Position numbers and translations under genes: made by a program. From Octopus vulgaris (Eukaryota): a DNA stretch of 64,000 bases. The notes beneath the pieces are model-generated. The model was not told where the DNA came from. It saw nothing but the letters and a program-made list of their open reading frames with translations, and made no database searches. Within the stretch, counting starts at the first letter, position 1. Every line of letters begins with the position of its first letter. The stretch lies in assembly GCA_951406725.2 (NCBI GenBank), contig OX597842.1:3596001-3660000 (forward strand). The letters are read 5' to 3'. Below, one piece after another: positions 27,947 to 42,399 of this stretch.

Positions 27947-28726
27947 TATATTTATTTATGTATTTATTTATTTATTTATCTACTTTTTTGCCACATCTGT
28001 AAGTCATTAGAGAAACGACTTATAGAACTTTATGCAAATTATTTTTTTTTACTTCTGTAAACTGGTCACTGGAATCACCATTAATTAATTATGTCAACAG
28101 ATTTGAGAGCTGAAGGAATATTATCAAATTTCATTTTCAATAATGAACTCGTTTTCAAGTCAACAAATTTAATTTGTGTATTACTAAGCATTTTTGATTA
28201 TATTATTATTATTTTCACTATTTAATTATTTTTTGGATCTCTTTGAGAAAATGGAATTGAAAACGTGAATAAAGTCTTCATCGTCAGCAAAATGCACGAA
28301 AACAACTTTTGAAAAGACTCTTACAATAGCCGGAAATTTTTTCAGCGTTTTGGAAAAATTGCCATTAGCCTCTGCACTTAATGGATTCTTGACAGCAACT
28401 CAAGTTTCATGTCAGTTTTCGAAAAATCAACAAGTAAACTTCAGAAAGCCTCATCAGTGTTTGTACTGATGAAGCACGGTCAGAGATCGATAAAGTCGTT
28501 GAAACAAGGTTTTTGGAACCTTCTCTTACGCAATATCAAAGAATCATTGCTTTTTCTTTGTTTGATTTCTTATTTCTTTTTATATCTCTAATACATCTTC
28601 TATCGAATTTTTACTAACCGCTAAATTACAGGTACGTGAAAAACCAGCATCTGTTGTCAAGCAGTGGGAGGTACAAACGAAAACTCAAGACACACATATG
28701 TATCTATGTACGTATGAATGTATGGG

Positions 28727-28752
<26 letters not shown>

Positions 28753-28757
<5 letters not shown>

Positions 28758-28956
28758 AGTTTGGGGGAGATTGTATCTCCTTGCTTCACTCCCTTCTCGA
28801 CCGGCACTCGTATGGGTGATGACAGTAGAGCTATGTCGGTGGTGCATCCGGAATTTGCCTCTCTGAGCAGCTGCACATATTACACTTCGATTCCTTGCCT
28901 CTGCAGCGAGTTCAGCACTGCGTTGGTTTCGACGCTATCGAAGGCCTTCTCATAAT
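28753..28956 (-). pseudogene. RTE-clade reverse transcriptase fragment
   Basis: YEKAFDSVETNAVLNSLQRQGIEV*YVQLLREAN...KGVKQGDTISPKLF. Confidence 0.85.
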
Positions 28957-29249
28957 CTATATATATCTCCCAACACCATCACATTACACCACTACATCTT
29001 ACACCACCATACCACACAACACACCACCACGCACACATCAGCACTGACCATTCCCAGACCCACATTTTCACAACTACACATACACACACGCACACGTCAA
29101 GATCACCAGCCCTCTTCCACACGCACATACAAACTCTCATATACACAAGCACGCGCACCTTCGTTTTGGGATCACCACTACTTTATCATATCCCCTTCTC
29201 CCTAGCTCTCCTGTATGACCCTTTTGTTCGGCATTCGCCATGATAGATC

Positions 29250-29426
29250 GCTGGCCACTACACATTCTTTATTTTCTCTCCTTGTTTCTTTCCGTGTTCC
29301 TTTCTGTGGAAGAGCGTAGGCTCGAAACGTTAAGGACTTTTTCACTTCCCGAGTGTTAAACTAATACATCTGTTTGTTGTCTACACCACCTGTCTTCGTC
29401 TTTTGGGGGTTTTTTTGTGAATTCTC

Positions 29427-29430
<4 letters not shown>
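29250..29430 (+). mobile_element. PLE-type terminal fragment with a variant hammerhead motif (29300-29335)
   Basis: CTTT-CTGTGGA-a-GAGC-gtag-GCTC-GAAAC-GT-T-AAGG. Related copies at 40105-40300 (+) and 43370-43565 (-), both with core CTGTCGA. Confidence 0.6.
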
Positions 29431-29463
<33 letters not shown>

Positions 29464-29465
29464 GT

Positions 29466-29895
29466 ATGGCTTGTTAGCAATTTTTCAACCGAAAAGCAAA
29501 TATATATACATCACTAAAGCGACTGAGGGCGCTATTCGCATGAAAAATTGCTAACAAGCCACCCTTATTATTTATAATTTACATATTTGCCATTTATGAA
29601 ATCAGCGTATGATTTCTACCGTGATCTTATAAGCTGACAGGGGTAGTTGTGTTTAACCCAAGGCGCTGGAGAGATGCACTGACGAACGCTAATGTAAACG
29701 TGAAATCACTGATTATACTCGGTGCTTTAGGGAGCACGCCCCATTTGTCCGTAAATAAGACGTGCGTTATTGTGGCAATGAGTTGGTTTGACTCTTATTT
29801 CTAGCAATACTGGTGCTGAATCACACCCTCAGTTGCTTTATTGACATTATATATTTTTGCCTTTCGGTTGAAAAATTGCTAACAAGTTACCTTTA
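29466..29895. mobile_element. PLE-like insertion with inverted and direct terminal copies and a hammerhead motif at 29674-29718
   Basis: 29466-29532 is inverted at 29826-29890; TGAAAAATTGCTAACAAG occurs at both 29541 and 29870. Motif CTGACGA-ACG...CGT-GAAA-TCA-c-TGAT-T. Confidence 0.65.
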
Positions 29896-30086
29896 TTATT
29901 TGTGTGTGCGTGTGTGTGTGTGTGAGTGTGTGCGTGGCACTGTGGTAAGAAGTTTGCTTCCCAACCACATAGTTTTGGGTTCAGTCCCACTGCGTAGAAC
30001 CTTGAGCAAGCGTCTTCTGCTACAGCCTCGGGCTGACCAAAGCCTTGTGAGCGGATTTGGTGGACGGAAACTGAAAGAAGTCCGTC

Positions 30087-30147
<61 letters not shown>

Positions 30148-31279
30148 CATATATATATATATAATATGATATAAATAATATATAAATATATGCATATATA
30201 TACATACATATATGTACATACCTACATATATATGTATATATACATGCATATATGGGTACAGGACATCAAAAAACCGTTGAACACAATGAGAAACGAAAAC
30301 ATTAAAACAAAAACATAGAAACGAACATGTTTTCGAACAACAAAACAAAACAGAGAAACAAGACTTACAACATAAAGAATATTCCCCTTCATCAGTTGTA
30401 CCTGTTTCATCTATTCCGCGTTACGAAGGTAAGGACAAGACGCGACTTTGAAACAGTCTTTCCCGCAAAGCAAATTAAATAACATTCGGGATTTTTTGCG
30501 GAGGGTGAAAGTGGTAACAAGAACAAGACTTACCTTCGTAAAGACAACAACGTGCTTATACTGTCTCTTCATAAACTCATCCACTCAGCGTTCAGAATTT
30601 CTCTATCGTCTTGGCTTCACAGCCCTCATTGTTTGTTTTTACTGCCTAAGATGCCACGCAGTGGTACTGAACCTAGAATCACGTGGTTGACAAGCAAGCT
30701 TCTTAACAATATATAGACATATATCAAATTCCGCCGCGTCTACTTTGTCTTTCATCCTTTCGCGGTCGATAAATTAAGTGCCAGCTGCGTACTGGGGGCG
30801 ATCTAATCGACTGGCCTCTTCCCCCAAAACTTCGGGCCTTGTGCCTAAAGTAGAAAAGAATATATATACATACATATATACAACGGACTTCGGATATTTT
30901 CTAAAAGATGGACAGAATTTTCTACTTAACTAAATAATTTGAAACTTCGTATACTGATAGAATGTGTCAAAAGAAAACATTAATTTTAATTAGTTTTTTT
31001 GAGAAAAAAGTATTTTGTAACTTTTACGTAGTTTAATTCTTCGAATTTTAACCAATCGTATTCTCTGTTTTGAGCTCAATTCATTACTGCCGTGTTATTC
31101 ATCCTTATCACTGTCTTCTGTCTTCTGTCTTCAAAGACTTTTCGCATGTTTATTTCAATGTCATCCCTGACTTACGGAACGATTACCTGTGTGTGTGTGT
31201 TTTTGTTGTGTATGTGTGTGCGTGTGTGTGTTTGTTGTGTGTGTGTGTGTGTTATTGTTGTGCATGTGTGTGTGTTTGT

Positions 31280-31310
<31 letters not shown>

Positions 31311-31987
31311 GTTGTGTATATCCCGGACTTCATCACAGTTTCCGTCTACCAAATTAACTCACAAAGTATTGGTTGGGCCGAGGTTTTTGTAGAAATTTGT
31401 TCTAGGTGCTACGTAACGGGGAATTGAACCCGAAACACACATAATTACAAATCGAACTTCTTAACCGCACAGCTATGCTTGCGCCTAAATTTAAATAATT
31501 TTCTCCTCACAATGGAGGACAAGACAAACACATTCCAAATCTTACAGTTCGTATTATTCTCTGAATTCTCGTCTGCCTCGTGCTCTTGTTTAAACTGTAA
31601 TTACTTTTTACAACTTTTAACACATCCTACTACAACCTTAATGCTTTTCAATGTAATGATACTTGGTCCTTCATACAATGATATTCTTAGAAGATGACTT
31701 TCTAAAAAGTTGTAATTCCTAGGTCTTTGTCAATCAACGACGGAATTTAAATTGCCCGAGCGCTGAAGAGTTTTGCTGAATGTTAGTAGTTCCTTTTACC
31801 AAGCGTGACATGAAATTTGAGTTGCTGCCAAAAATCAATTAAGTTGCTTTATATACCGTTTAAAGAAAGAATAAAAAATTACGTTTTTAACTCTCTTATT
31901 AATCCAGTGCTTTTAATTGCTCAACCATACACAAACACGTTCAATTTGCTTAGTTTATATATATAACATATGATTTTACATACACAT

Positions 31988-32060
<73 letters not shown>

Positions 32061-32574
32061 TATATACACACATATATGCATACACACACACACATATATA
32101 TACATATACACCCACAAACATTTATGTTCGTCTGTGTATTTAGTATATATTCGTATGATTATTACACGTGCTTTTGAATAATATATATATATATTAGCGG
32201 TTCGGCAAAAGAGACCGATAGAATAAGTACTGGGCTTACAAAGAATAAGTCCCGGGGTCGATTTGCTCGACTAAAGGCGGTGCTCCAGCATGGCCGCAGT
32301 CAAATGACTGAAACAAGTAAAAGAGTAAAAGAGAGAGTAAAGAGTATATATATATATATACATATTGAACGAATGAGAACGAGACAGAGAGGGAGAAACG
32401 AAGAATATAAGAAGTTGATAATGGACACAGTGTATAAGATTCATAAAGATACATTGTCCAGTTTAAAAATTACCGTTTGTGTCTTTCGTTGTTCGAAAGA
32501 ATTGTTCATGCTTCATGTACTCATGCTTCGAACTTTTTTGTTGTACACGTTTCATGACGTCCTCAGCCCACATA

Positions 32575-32640
<66 letters not shown>

Positions 32641-32690
32641 TATAGATGTATGTACATATACGTATGTATATATGCATATATATATATATG

Positions 32691-32773
<83 letters not shown>

Positions 32774-33260
32774 ATACGACGGGCTTCTTTCAATGTCCGC
32801 CTCAATTTCCGCCAAATCCACTCACAAACCTGTGGTCAGTCGGTGGTTATAGTAGAAGACACTTGCCCAAGGTGCCACACAGTGGGACTGAACCCAGAAC
32901 CATGTGGTTGTTAAGCAAGTTACTTACCACACAGCCTCTCATTTAAAGATATCTTGATTGTCATTTGCGTTTAATTATTTTGTATGATTCAAGTACCTTT
33001 TTCATTGTTGCTTCTTGGCTCCGTAATGGTATGTTCTGCTGTATGATGATGGGCTTGTTTCATTCATTAAATTGCGGCCATATTGGGGCAGCTCCTTCAA
33101 AGACTTAGTCGATAAAATCAATACAGTACTGATGATTTTTTTTAAAATCTGGTACTTATTCTATCTGAGCCTTTTGTCGAAACAGTAAGTTAGGAGTCGG
33201 TATGTATGTATATAATGTATGTATGTATGTATGTATGTATGTATGTATGTATGTATGTAT

Positions 33261-33666
33261 GTCATTTTTTCAGCTTTATTTCAAGATTTCTTGCCAATAG
33301 AGAAAGAACCAGTTTCTAACCTAGATCCAAGACTCCTTCATTGGAATTTCAACATCAACAACAGGGTATTTTTGTATGCCTGTATCTATATATGTATGTA
33401 TATATGTATGTATGTATGTATGCATGTATGTGTGTATGTATCTATATATGCATGTATGCATGTATGTATGTATGTGTGTATGTATCTATATATGTATGTA
33501 TGCATGTATGTATGTATGTGTGTATGTATCTATATATGTATGTATGCATGTATGTATGTATGTGTGTATGTATCTATATATGTATGTATATGTGTATGTA
33601 TCTATATATGTATGTATGTATGTATCTATATAAGTATGTATGTATCTATATATGTATATATGTATC

Positions 33667-33700
<34 letters not shown>

Positions 33701-34042
33701 TGTATGTATGTATGTATGTATGTATGTATGTATGTATATATATATGTATGCATATATGTATGTATGTATATATGTATGCATGTATGTATGTATACATGCA
33801 GATTTGTATGTTTTGTTTTATGTATGTCCTCTCATGTATATAGTTGCATATCTAGACATGCTCATATATATTTAACAGCTAAACTTTTGGAAAGTTTTAC
33901 AGATTTTTACAGTTCCTGTGATGGATTGGATCCGTGGTCTTCGAATCAGCTTTCTCCTTTCTAGTTTTGAGAAGCCTAATTTCTCAAGATTGGTACTTAG
34001 GCAGTATGTTACATATTCCAGCGCCCCAATGATTACAGATAC
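33261..34042 (-). mobile_element. 5'-truncated R4/Dong-like (RLE) non-LTR element embedded in (TATG)n
   Basis: 33872-34042 encodes VSVIIGALEYVTYCLSTNLEKLGFSKLERRKLIRRPRIQSITGTVKICKTFQKF (PIVIGALG-type C-terminus). Probable 3' UTR runs to 33261, with a microsatellite inside it. Confidence 0.7.
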
Positions 34043-34239
34043 TATGTATGTATGTATGTATGTATGTATGTATGTATGTATGTATGTATGTATGTATGTA
34101 TGGATGGATGGATGGATGGATGGATGGTATGTATGTATGTATGTATGTATGTATGTATGCATGTGTATATGTATGTATGTGTGTATATATGTATGTACGT
34201 ATGTATGTATGTGTGTGTGTATGTATGTATGTATAGATG

Positions 34240-34595
34240 TCGATTAGGACGACGAGGGTTCCAGTTGATCCGATCACAGGAACAGCCTGCTTCTGAAATT
34301 AACAAGCAAGTGGCTGAGCACTCCACAGACAAGTGTTAGCTTAATGTTATTCTCGGGTAGATTCAGCGTGACACAGTGTGTGACAAGGCTGGCCCCTTTG
34401 AAATACAGGTACAACAGAAATAGGAAGATAGAGTGAGAGAAAGATGTGGTGAAAGAGTACAGCATGGTTTGCCACCATCGTCTACCGGAGTCTCGTGGAG
34501 CTTTAAGTGTTTTCACTCACAACGCCCGACCTGGGAATCGAGACCGCGATCCTACGTCTGTGTGCCCACTATTCTAACAACTGGGCCATTGCGCC
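34240..34595 (-). mobile_element. SINE family C
   Basis: Diverged reverse complement of 10103-10476. Confidence 0.8.
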
Positions 34596-35139
34596 TCCAC
34601 ACGTATAGATGTACCTATGTACGTTCGTAAATACGTACAATATGCGTATGCATTATGGATGTATGTATTATGTATGTAGGTAATTCGAATAATTAAACTA
34701 CGTTAAACTTACAAATTACAATTTTGTTTTCAATGTAGGTATGTATGAATGTGTCTGTTTATCTCTGCCAGTCTATCTGTCTCTCTCTATATACATGTCT
34801 GAGCCAATCCGTCCATCTATCTATGCATCCCTCTGATCATCCCAGCTTTGTAACATACTCGAATAAACACACACACAAACATATCACCACCCTCAGATCT
34901 ACAGGGACCGGGACGCCATCTTTTTGTGTGTGTGTGTGTGTGTGTGTATCGGTCTCCCCATCACACATAGTGCTATATCACAGGAAGAAATCTCCTCTCT
35001 GTAATTCCATATGTGTGTAGGGCTACGTGTTTCTCTTTATCTGTCTCTCAATCTGTCTAAATCACTGTATGTCTGTGTGTCTATCAATTAATACACTCGT
35101 CCGACCATTCAAACATGTATTCATCTAATCTACCGATCT

Positions 35140-35720
<581 letters not shown>

Positions 35721-36994
35721 CTATTTGCCTGTAATATCCGTAACACATGAGTGCGTATGTGTGTATGTGTGAGCGTATATACATACATATATACGACGGG
35801 CTTCTTTCAGTTTCCGTCTACTAAATCCACTCACAAGGCTTTGATCAGCCCGAGGCTATAGTAGAAGACACTTGGCCAAGGTGTCACGCAATGGGACTGA
35901 ACCCGTAACCATGTGGTTGGCAAGCAAGCTCCTTACTACACAGCCACTCCTGCGTCTAATGTATGTATAAGTGTGTGTGTGTATACAGCTACCTCAGTGT
36001 GATATCCCTCCGACAGAGATATCCCCTCCCCTGCCTTATTCCACGATGTTATCAGTTGTCTGTGATCAGCGGTGGTAACCTGGTCAGTCTGGAGGACCGT
36101 AGAATTAGCCATCGCTGAAATTCGATCCCCACCGAAACTTCGCGAGGGGCCGGGACGGTAAGGGGACCGCCAGACGATCACTGGCACTATGTTGCTGTTG
36201 TTCTAGTCGTTGTTGTTGGTGGTGGTATTGTTCTTAATAGTGTACGTTGTTGTTGGTATTTAATACAAGTACCTACGGTGGTGAGGATGGTGGCAGCGGC
36301 GGTGGTGGTGATGGTGACGACGACAACGAGGTCTACGATGGGATCTTTTCATTTTGAAGGCCAGATTTTCCTAGTTAACTAAGCAATTTGAAACTTCGTA
36401 TACTGGTAGAATGTGTCAAAAGAAAACATTATTGTAAACAAAATTGAAAACAAAATTGTAATTCGTAACTTAAACGTAGATTAATTTTAAGAATTTTAAC
36501 CAATGAAATCGCAGCATTCGAGCTCAAATTATTTACGTCTTCTTCTGTCTTCTACATGTGCTAGAAATGACAGCTATATCTCTTAAATCGATTAATTTCG
36601 TCGCCCAAAAAAAATATTAAGGATATTTTTTGAATATTTTCTTTATTTTTTTTTACCGAAAAGGCTTCTCCCATGGTTTTAAAGGGCCAGAAACAACAAA
36701 AATAAAACAATAATATGCCTAAATCGGTCTCGAGTTTGCGCGTGGAGTGTGAGTGGTATTGTAAAAATTTGCGAAATATTTTTTCATAAAAGGATGCCCC
36801 CAGCTTGTCGGAAGCTGTGATATAAATTGGGAAAAAAATCCTCGACACCAGTGCGTAATTGGTACTTAATTTATCGACCCCGAAACGATGAAACATTGCC
36901 CCCCCCCCCCACTTCTGGTTTATTTACCTTTTGTGCAAATTTGTTTCGGCAAGTGGCAAAACACGAACGTGTATTTTTGCTTGTGTGCGTATAT

Positions 36995-37935
36995 GTATAT
37001 GTCCGTTTGTATGTGTGTGTACGCTTATATATTAATTACTATGTGTGTGTATATGTCCGTTTGTATGTGTGTGTACGCTCATATATTAATTACTATATGT
37101 GTGTGTGTGTGTGTGCGTGTGTATGTCCGTTTGTATGTGTGTGTACGCTTATATATTAATTACTATATGTGTGTGTGTGTGTATATGTCCGTTTGTATGT
37201 GTGTGTACGCTTATATATTAATTACTATGTGTGTGTGTGTGTGTGTGTGCGTGTGTATGTCCGTTTGTATGTGTGTGTACGCTTATATATTAATTACTAT
37301 ATATGTGTGTGTGTGTGTGTGTGTATGTCCGTTTGTATGTGTGTGTACGCTCATATATTAATTACTATATGTGTGTGTGTGTGTGTGCGTGTGTATGTCC
37401 GTTTGTATGTGTGTGTACGCTTATATATTAATTACTATATGTGTGTGTGTATATGTCCGTTTGTATGTGTGTGTACGCTTATATATTAATTACTATATGT
37501 GTGTGTGTATATGTCCGTTTGTATGTGTGTGTACGCTCATATATTAATTACTATATGTGTGTGTGTGTGTGTGCGTGTGTATGTCCGTTTGTATGTGTGT
37601 GTACGCTTATATATTAATTACTATATGTGTGTGTGTATATGTCCGTTTGTATGTGTGTGTACGCTTATATAATAAAAAAAACTATATGTGTGTGTGTATA
37701 TGTCCGTTTGTATGTGTGTGTACGCTTATATATTAATTACTATATATGTGTGTGTGTGTGTGTATGTCCGTTTGTATGTGTGTGTACGCTTATATAATAA
37801 AAAAAACTATATGTGTGTGTGTGTGTGTATGTCCGTTTGTATGTGTGTGTACGCTTATATAATAAAAAAAACTATATGTGTGTGTGTGTGTGTATATGTC
37901 CGTTTGTATGTGTGTGTACGCTTATATATTAATTA
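36995..37935. repeat. Minisatellite, about 15 units of ~55-72 bp
   Basis: Unit TATGTCCGTTTGTATGTGTGTGTACGCTTATATATTAATTACTAT plus a variable (GT)n. Confidence 0.95.
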
Positions 37936-38257
37936 GTGAAGGCGCGTGGCTTAGTGGTTAGGGCATTCGGCTCATGATCGTAAGGTTGTGAGTTCGATTC
38001 CCGGCGACGCGTTGTGTCCTTGAGCAAGACACTTTATTTCACGTTGCTCCAGTCCACTCAGCTGGCAAAAATGAGTTGTACTTGTACTTCAAAGGGTCAG
38101 CCTTGTCACTCTCTGTGTCACGCTGATTATCCCCGAGAACTACGTTAAGGGTACACGTGTCTGTGGAATGCTCAGCCATTTGCACGTTAATTTCACGAGC
38201 AAGCTGTTCCGTTGATCGTATCAGCTGGGACCCTCGTCGTCGTAACCGGCGGAGTCT
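37936..38257 (+). mobile_element. tRNA/CORE-like SINE (head D, tail type 1) with probable TSD TATATTAATTA
   Basis: A box TGGCTTAGTGG, B box AGTTCGATTCCC, CORE-like GTGTCCTTGAGCAAGACACTT. The tail is nearly identical to 10295-10474. Another copy at 48950-49196 (-). Confidence 0.85.
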
Positions 38258-38724
38258 TTTTATATTAATTACTATGTGTGTGTATGTCTGTGTACGCTTA
38301 TATATTAATTACTATGTGCTTGTGCAAATGTGTGTGTGTGTGTGTACGCTTATATATTAATTACTATGTGCTTGTGCAAATGTGTGTGTGTGTGTGTGTG
38401 GTGCGTCTGCTATATTTCTTTATCAATATCGATAACGCAGCAATGCTGGGATTTCATTGGTTAAAATTCGAAGATGTTGGGATTTCATTGGTTAAAATTC
38501 GAAGATGTTGGGATTTCATTGGTTAAAATTCTTAAAATTAATCTACGTTTAAGTTACGAATTACAATTTTGTTTTCAATTTTGTTTACAATAATGTTTTC
38601 TTTTGACACATTCTACTAATATACGAAGTTTCAAATTGTTTGGTTAACTAGGAAAATCTGGCCTTCAAAATGAAAAGATCCCTACGATGATGATGATGCT
38701 GACGATGATAATAATGATGATGAT

Positions 38725-39155
38725 GATAGTGGTGGTGGTGATGGTGGGGTGGTGGTGGTGGTGGTGGTTTTGGTGGTGGTGGTGGTGGTGGTGGTGGTGG
38801 TGGTGGTGGTGGTGGTGGTGGTAGTGACGGTAGGGTAGCGATGGTGGTGATGGTGGAGGGGTAGTGGTGGTGGTAGTGACGGTAGGGTAGCGGTGGTGGT
38901 GATGGTGGTGGTGGTGGTGGTAGTGGTGGTGGTGGTAGTGGTGGTGGTGGTGGTAGTGGTGGTGGTGGTGGTAGTAACGGTAGGGTAGCGGTTGTGGTGA
39001 TGGTGATGGTGGTGGTGGTAGTGATGGTGGTAGTAGTGACGGTAGGGTAGCGTGGTGGTGATTGTGGTAGTGGTGGTGGTGGTTGTGGTGGTGATGGTAG
39101 TGATGGTAAGGTAGCGGTGGTGGTGATTGTGGTAGTGGCCGTGGTTGTGGTATTG
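38725..39155. repeat. (GGT)n tract with recurring GTAGTGACGGTAGGGTAGCG higher-order unit
   Basis: The unit occurs at about 38821, 38873, 38971 and 39033. Confidence 0.9.
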
Positions 39156-39802
39156 CCATGACCTTGAGAAAGAGGAGAGTGGTTTTGCGACTCCTACTAC
39201 TGTCACTATTACCCTTGTGACAGATGATGATGATGATGATGGTGTATTCGATTTCGGTAAAGTGAATGAATTAAGTACCCGAGGTACACAACTGAGTACA
39301 TACGGGTAGACAGGAGGGGAGTGAGGTAAAGGAGGTGGGGAGGAGAGAAACATACAGCGGACAATTTCAAGGAATGGAATTATAGTGCGGGAGGGGGGAG
39401 GGGGCGACAGTAAAAGTAACTTGTAGAAAGTCTGTGTGAGCACTTGTGTGTGTGAGATTGTGTGTATGTGTGTGTGTATGTGTGTGTGTGTGTACGTGTG
39501 TGTGCGTGTGCGGTTCCTAGCCAGGAAGGGTTCTACATAAATATATGAACATGCGTAAAAGAATACGTAGAATCGTATGAATAGAAGAGGAAAGAGTGGG
39601 AGTGTGTGTGTATGTGTGTGTGAGGGAGACCGAGGGACACACAACACACACACATGCATATATATATATATATATATATATACACTCCTATACGCACACT
39701 ACATATGCAAACATCCGATCATTTGTGTGTGAAACATACATACATGGATATTGCATACGTTCTTGTATGTTTACCCAGATCTATGTTTTGAATGCGTCCA
39801 AA

Positions 39803-39838
<36 letters not shown>

Positions 39839-39920
39839 TATGTGTGTGTGTGCGTGTGTGTGTGTGTGTGTGTGTGAGTGAGTGAGGGAGTGAGTGAAGA
39901 AGACTGATAAACACGCAATA

Positions 39921-39976
<56 letters not shown>

Positions 39977-40397
39977 ATTCTGTATGGAAAAAGGACCATT
40001 ATCGGTAAAAACTTGTACAAAATGGGTTTTTTTTATATATAATTATAAATATAATTAATGGTTTAGCAATATATATATATATATATATATATATATTGAT
40101 AGATCGTTAGCTCCTACTCGCATTTTTTTCTATCCTTGTTTCTATCCTTGTTTTTTTCTCTGTATCTTTCTGTCGAAGAGCGTAGGCTCGAAACGTAAAC
40201 CACTTTTTCTATTTCTATTCCTGAGCGCCATACTAATACAATTGTTTGTTTGTACTCCACCTGTCTTCGTCTTTTGTTTATTTTCGTAAACCTTCCCGTT
40301 ATCTATATATATATATATATATATACACTCATACACACACATCATGTGCAAGCATGCATTCACATGTGACGAGTTACACGTAAACATACAAAACACA

Positions 40398-40810
40398 GGT
40401 GCAGGCGTCTCTATGGGGTACGAAGCTGGCTTCCTAGCCACATGGTTTTGGGTTCAGTCCCACTGCGTGGCACCTTGGGCGTCTTCTAATATAGCCTTGG
40501 GCCGACCAAAGCCTTGTGAGTGGATTTGGTAGACGGAAACTGAAAGAAGCCCGTTGTGTGTATATATATATATATATATGCGTGTGTCTATTTATATTTA
40601 CGTGCGTGTCTTTGTGTCTGTGTTAGTACTCCGCCATCGCTTGACAACCGATATTGGTGTGTTTATGTCCCAAAAACAATTGCAGTTCGGCAAAAGAAAT
40701 AGATAGAATAAGTACTAAGCTTGCAAAGAATAAGTCCTGGGGTCGATTTGTTCGACTAAAAACCGTGCTCCAGCATGGTCGCAGTCAAATGACTGAAACG
40801 TGTAAAAGAG
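40398..40810 (+). mobile_element. SINE family A, diverged full length
   Basis: Head, internal TA/TG tract and tail are all recognisable. Confidence 0.8.
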
Positions 40811-41357
40811 AAAGTGTATGCATATATATTGAGCGAAACCTAGTAACCAACTGATGTAGCAAGCTGGGCCTTATCTCAGGGATGGGAGGGCTGGTGCGCG
40901 ATGATGCTGTCGAGAGAAAGGCACGCATCTCTCCCGATGACCCCATAGGCTTGCTAGCATCTGGTATGCGTAGCTTTCTACTGGTAACACTTGCATCTGC
41001 AAAATGTTTACGAAAACTGTATAGATACATCGTACGGATACATATGTTTATGGGTCTTCGGAATGTGTGTGTGAGTGCGCCTGCCTGTGTATGTGTATGA
41101 GAGAGAATGGATACCGACAGACACACAAGCATATACACACATACACTATATATACGAACATACATGCATACATATTTATACATACATACGTACGTACATA
41201 CATACATACATACATACATACATAGTACATAAATACATACATACATAATACATACATACATACACACATAATACATACATACATATACACACACACACAC
41301 ACACATACATACATACATACATACATACATACATACATACATACATACATACATACA

Positions 41358-41391
<34 letters not shown>

Positions 41392-41394
41392 CAT

Positions 41395-41730
41395 CAAAGT
41401 CCCAGACACATAGAGACTTACAAACCAATGATGTATTTCCACTTCTGAAGTTTATCAAACAAATAAGAAATTGTTTTACTTTTAGAAATCTCTAGAAAAT
41501 ATTATCAAACCTTTTAATAACAAAAGATTTATGCTTTATTAAAATTCTTACCCCATATACACCAAAGTCCCGGCTACATGCAAACTTTTAAACCAAAGAC
41601 GAATGACCACTTCTGACGTTTATCAAACAAATAACGAAGAAACTATTTTACTTTATTATAATATATATCCAGAAAATATTAAAAAACGTTTTAATAACAA
41701 AAGATTTATGTTTTATAAAAATTCTTACCA
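41395..41730. repeat. Diverged tandem duplication, period ~168 bp
   Basis: CAAAGTCCC...CCACTTCTGA.GTTTATCAAACAAATAA...TTTTAATAACAAAAGATTTATG...AAAATTCTTACC occurs twice. Confidence 0.85.
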
Positions 41731-42399
41731 AGTTTACAGCGAAAGTCTCTCGAAATTCTTATGACTATTTGTTGAGTAAACTTTATTTCGTGTTCATCAT
41801 TTTTATTCTTGTTTAACGTCGCCATTCTCTTTACACTCACACAATTGTTTATTGAAATGAAATATTCTGTGTGAATCTGTGGAGAGTGAAGAAAGGAAGA
41901 TATTTCTGGTTGGAACCCCCAGGTTTTCTGTCCTGAAATGGCCTGGTTAAGAATTCATCCGGGTAGAGGAACACTACCGGACACCTTGTAACTATGTTAT
42001 GCTACCAACCAGCATGTTACATTGGGTGTTTAAGAAGTCAAAGGTGCATAAAATATCCCCCACAAACATCAAAAACAAGGTGAAGATGACTGTCACTTCA
42101 CACTAGTCCTCAGATGTCTGGGTACGCCCCCTGGCGCACACATTCCCTAGCCTCTAATCACCGCCAAAGGTTGAAATAGACTGAAGACTTTTGGAAAGGA
42201 AATCTCTGGAGAAAACCGTTAAGAGACATTGTGACGTCATAATGACAAAATGGAAGAAATGAAAAATGATTCCGAATTTCACACACATACACGTACAAAA
42301 TTAATTGCACACACACAGGCACATACATACATACACACACATACACAAATACACACATACACATACACACACATACACAAATACACACATATGTGCCAG

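Larger units (their letters stand above)
36341..38681. mobile_element. Non-autonomous DNA transposon with ~170-bp TIRs and 8-bp TSD CTACGATG
   Basis: GGATCTTTTCATTTTGAAGGCCAG... (36341-36510) is inverted at 38512-38681; CTACGATG at 36333-36340 and 38682-38689. Related TIR fragments at 30910-31060 and 34680-34735. Confidence 0.9.

Noticed and set aside
28466-28512. CTGATGA...GAAAC possible hammerhead (also CTGATGAAGGG at 30383-30394 (-) and 61406)
   Set aside because: Stems I and II could not be paired convincingly, or the GAAA half is missing; excluded from the count.
36995-37935. Regularly spaced repeat resembling a CRISPR array
   Set aside because: The spacers are only variable (GT)n, the context is eukaryotic and there are no cas genes; it is a minisatellite.
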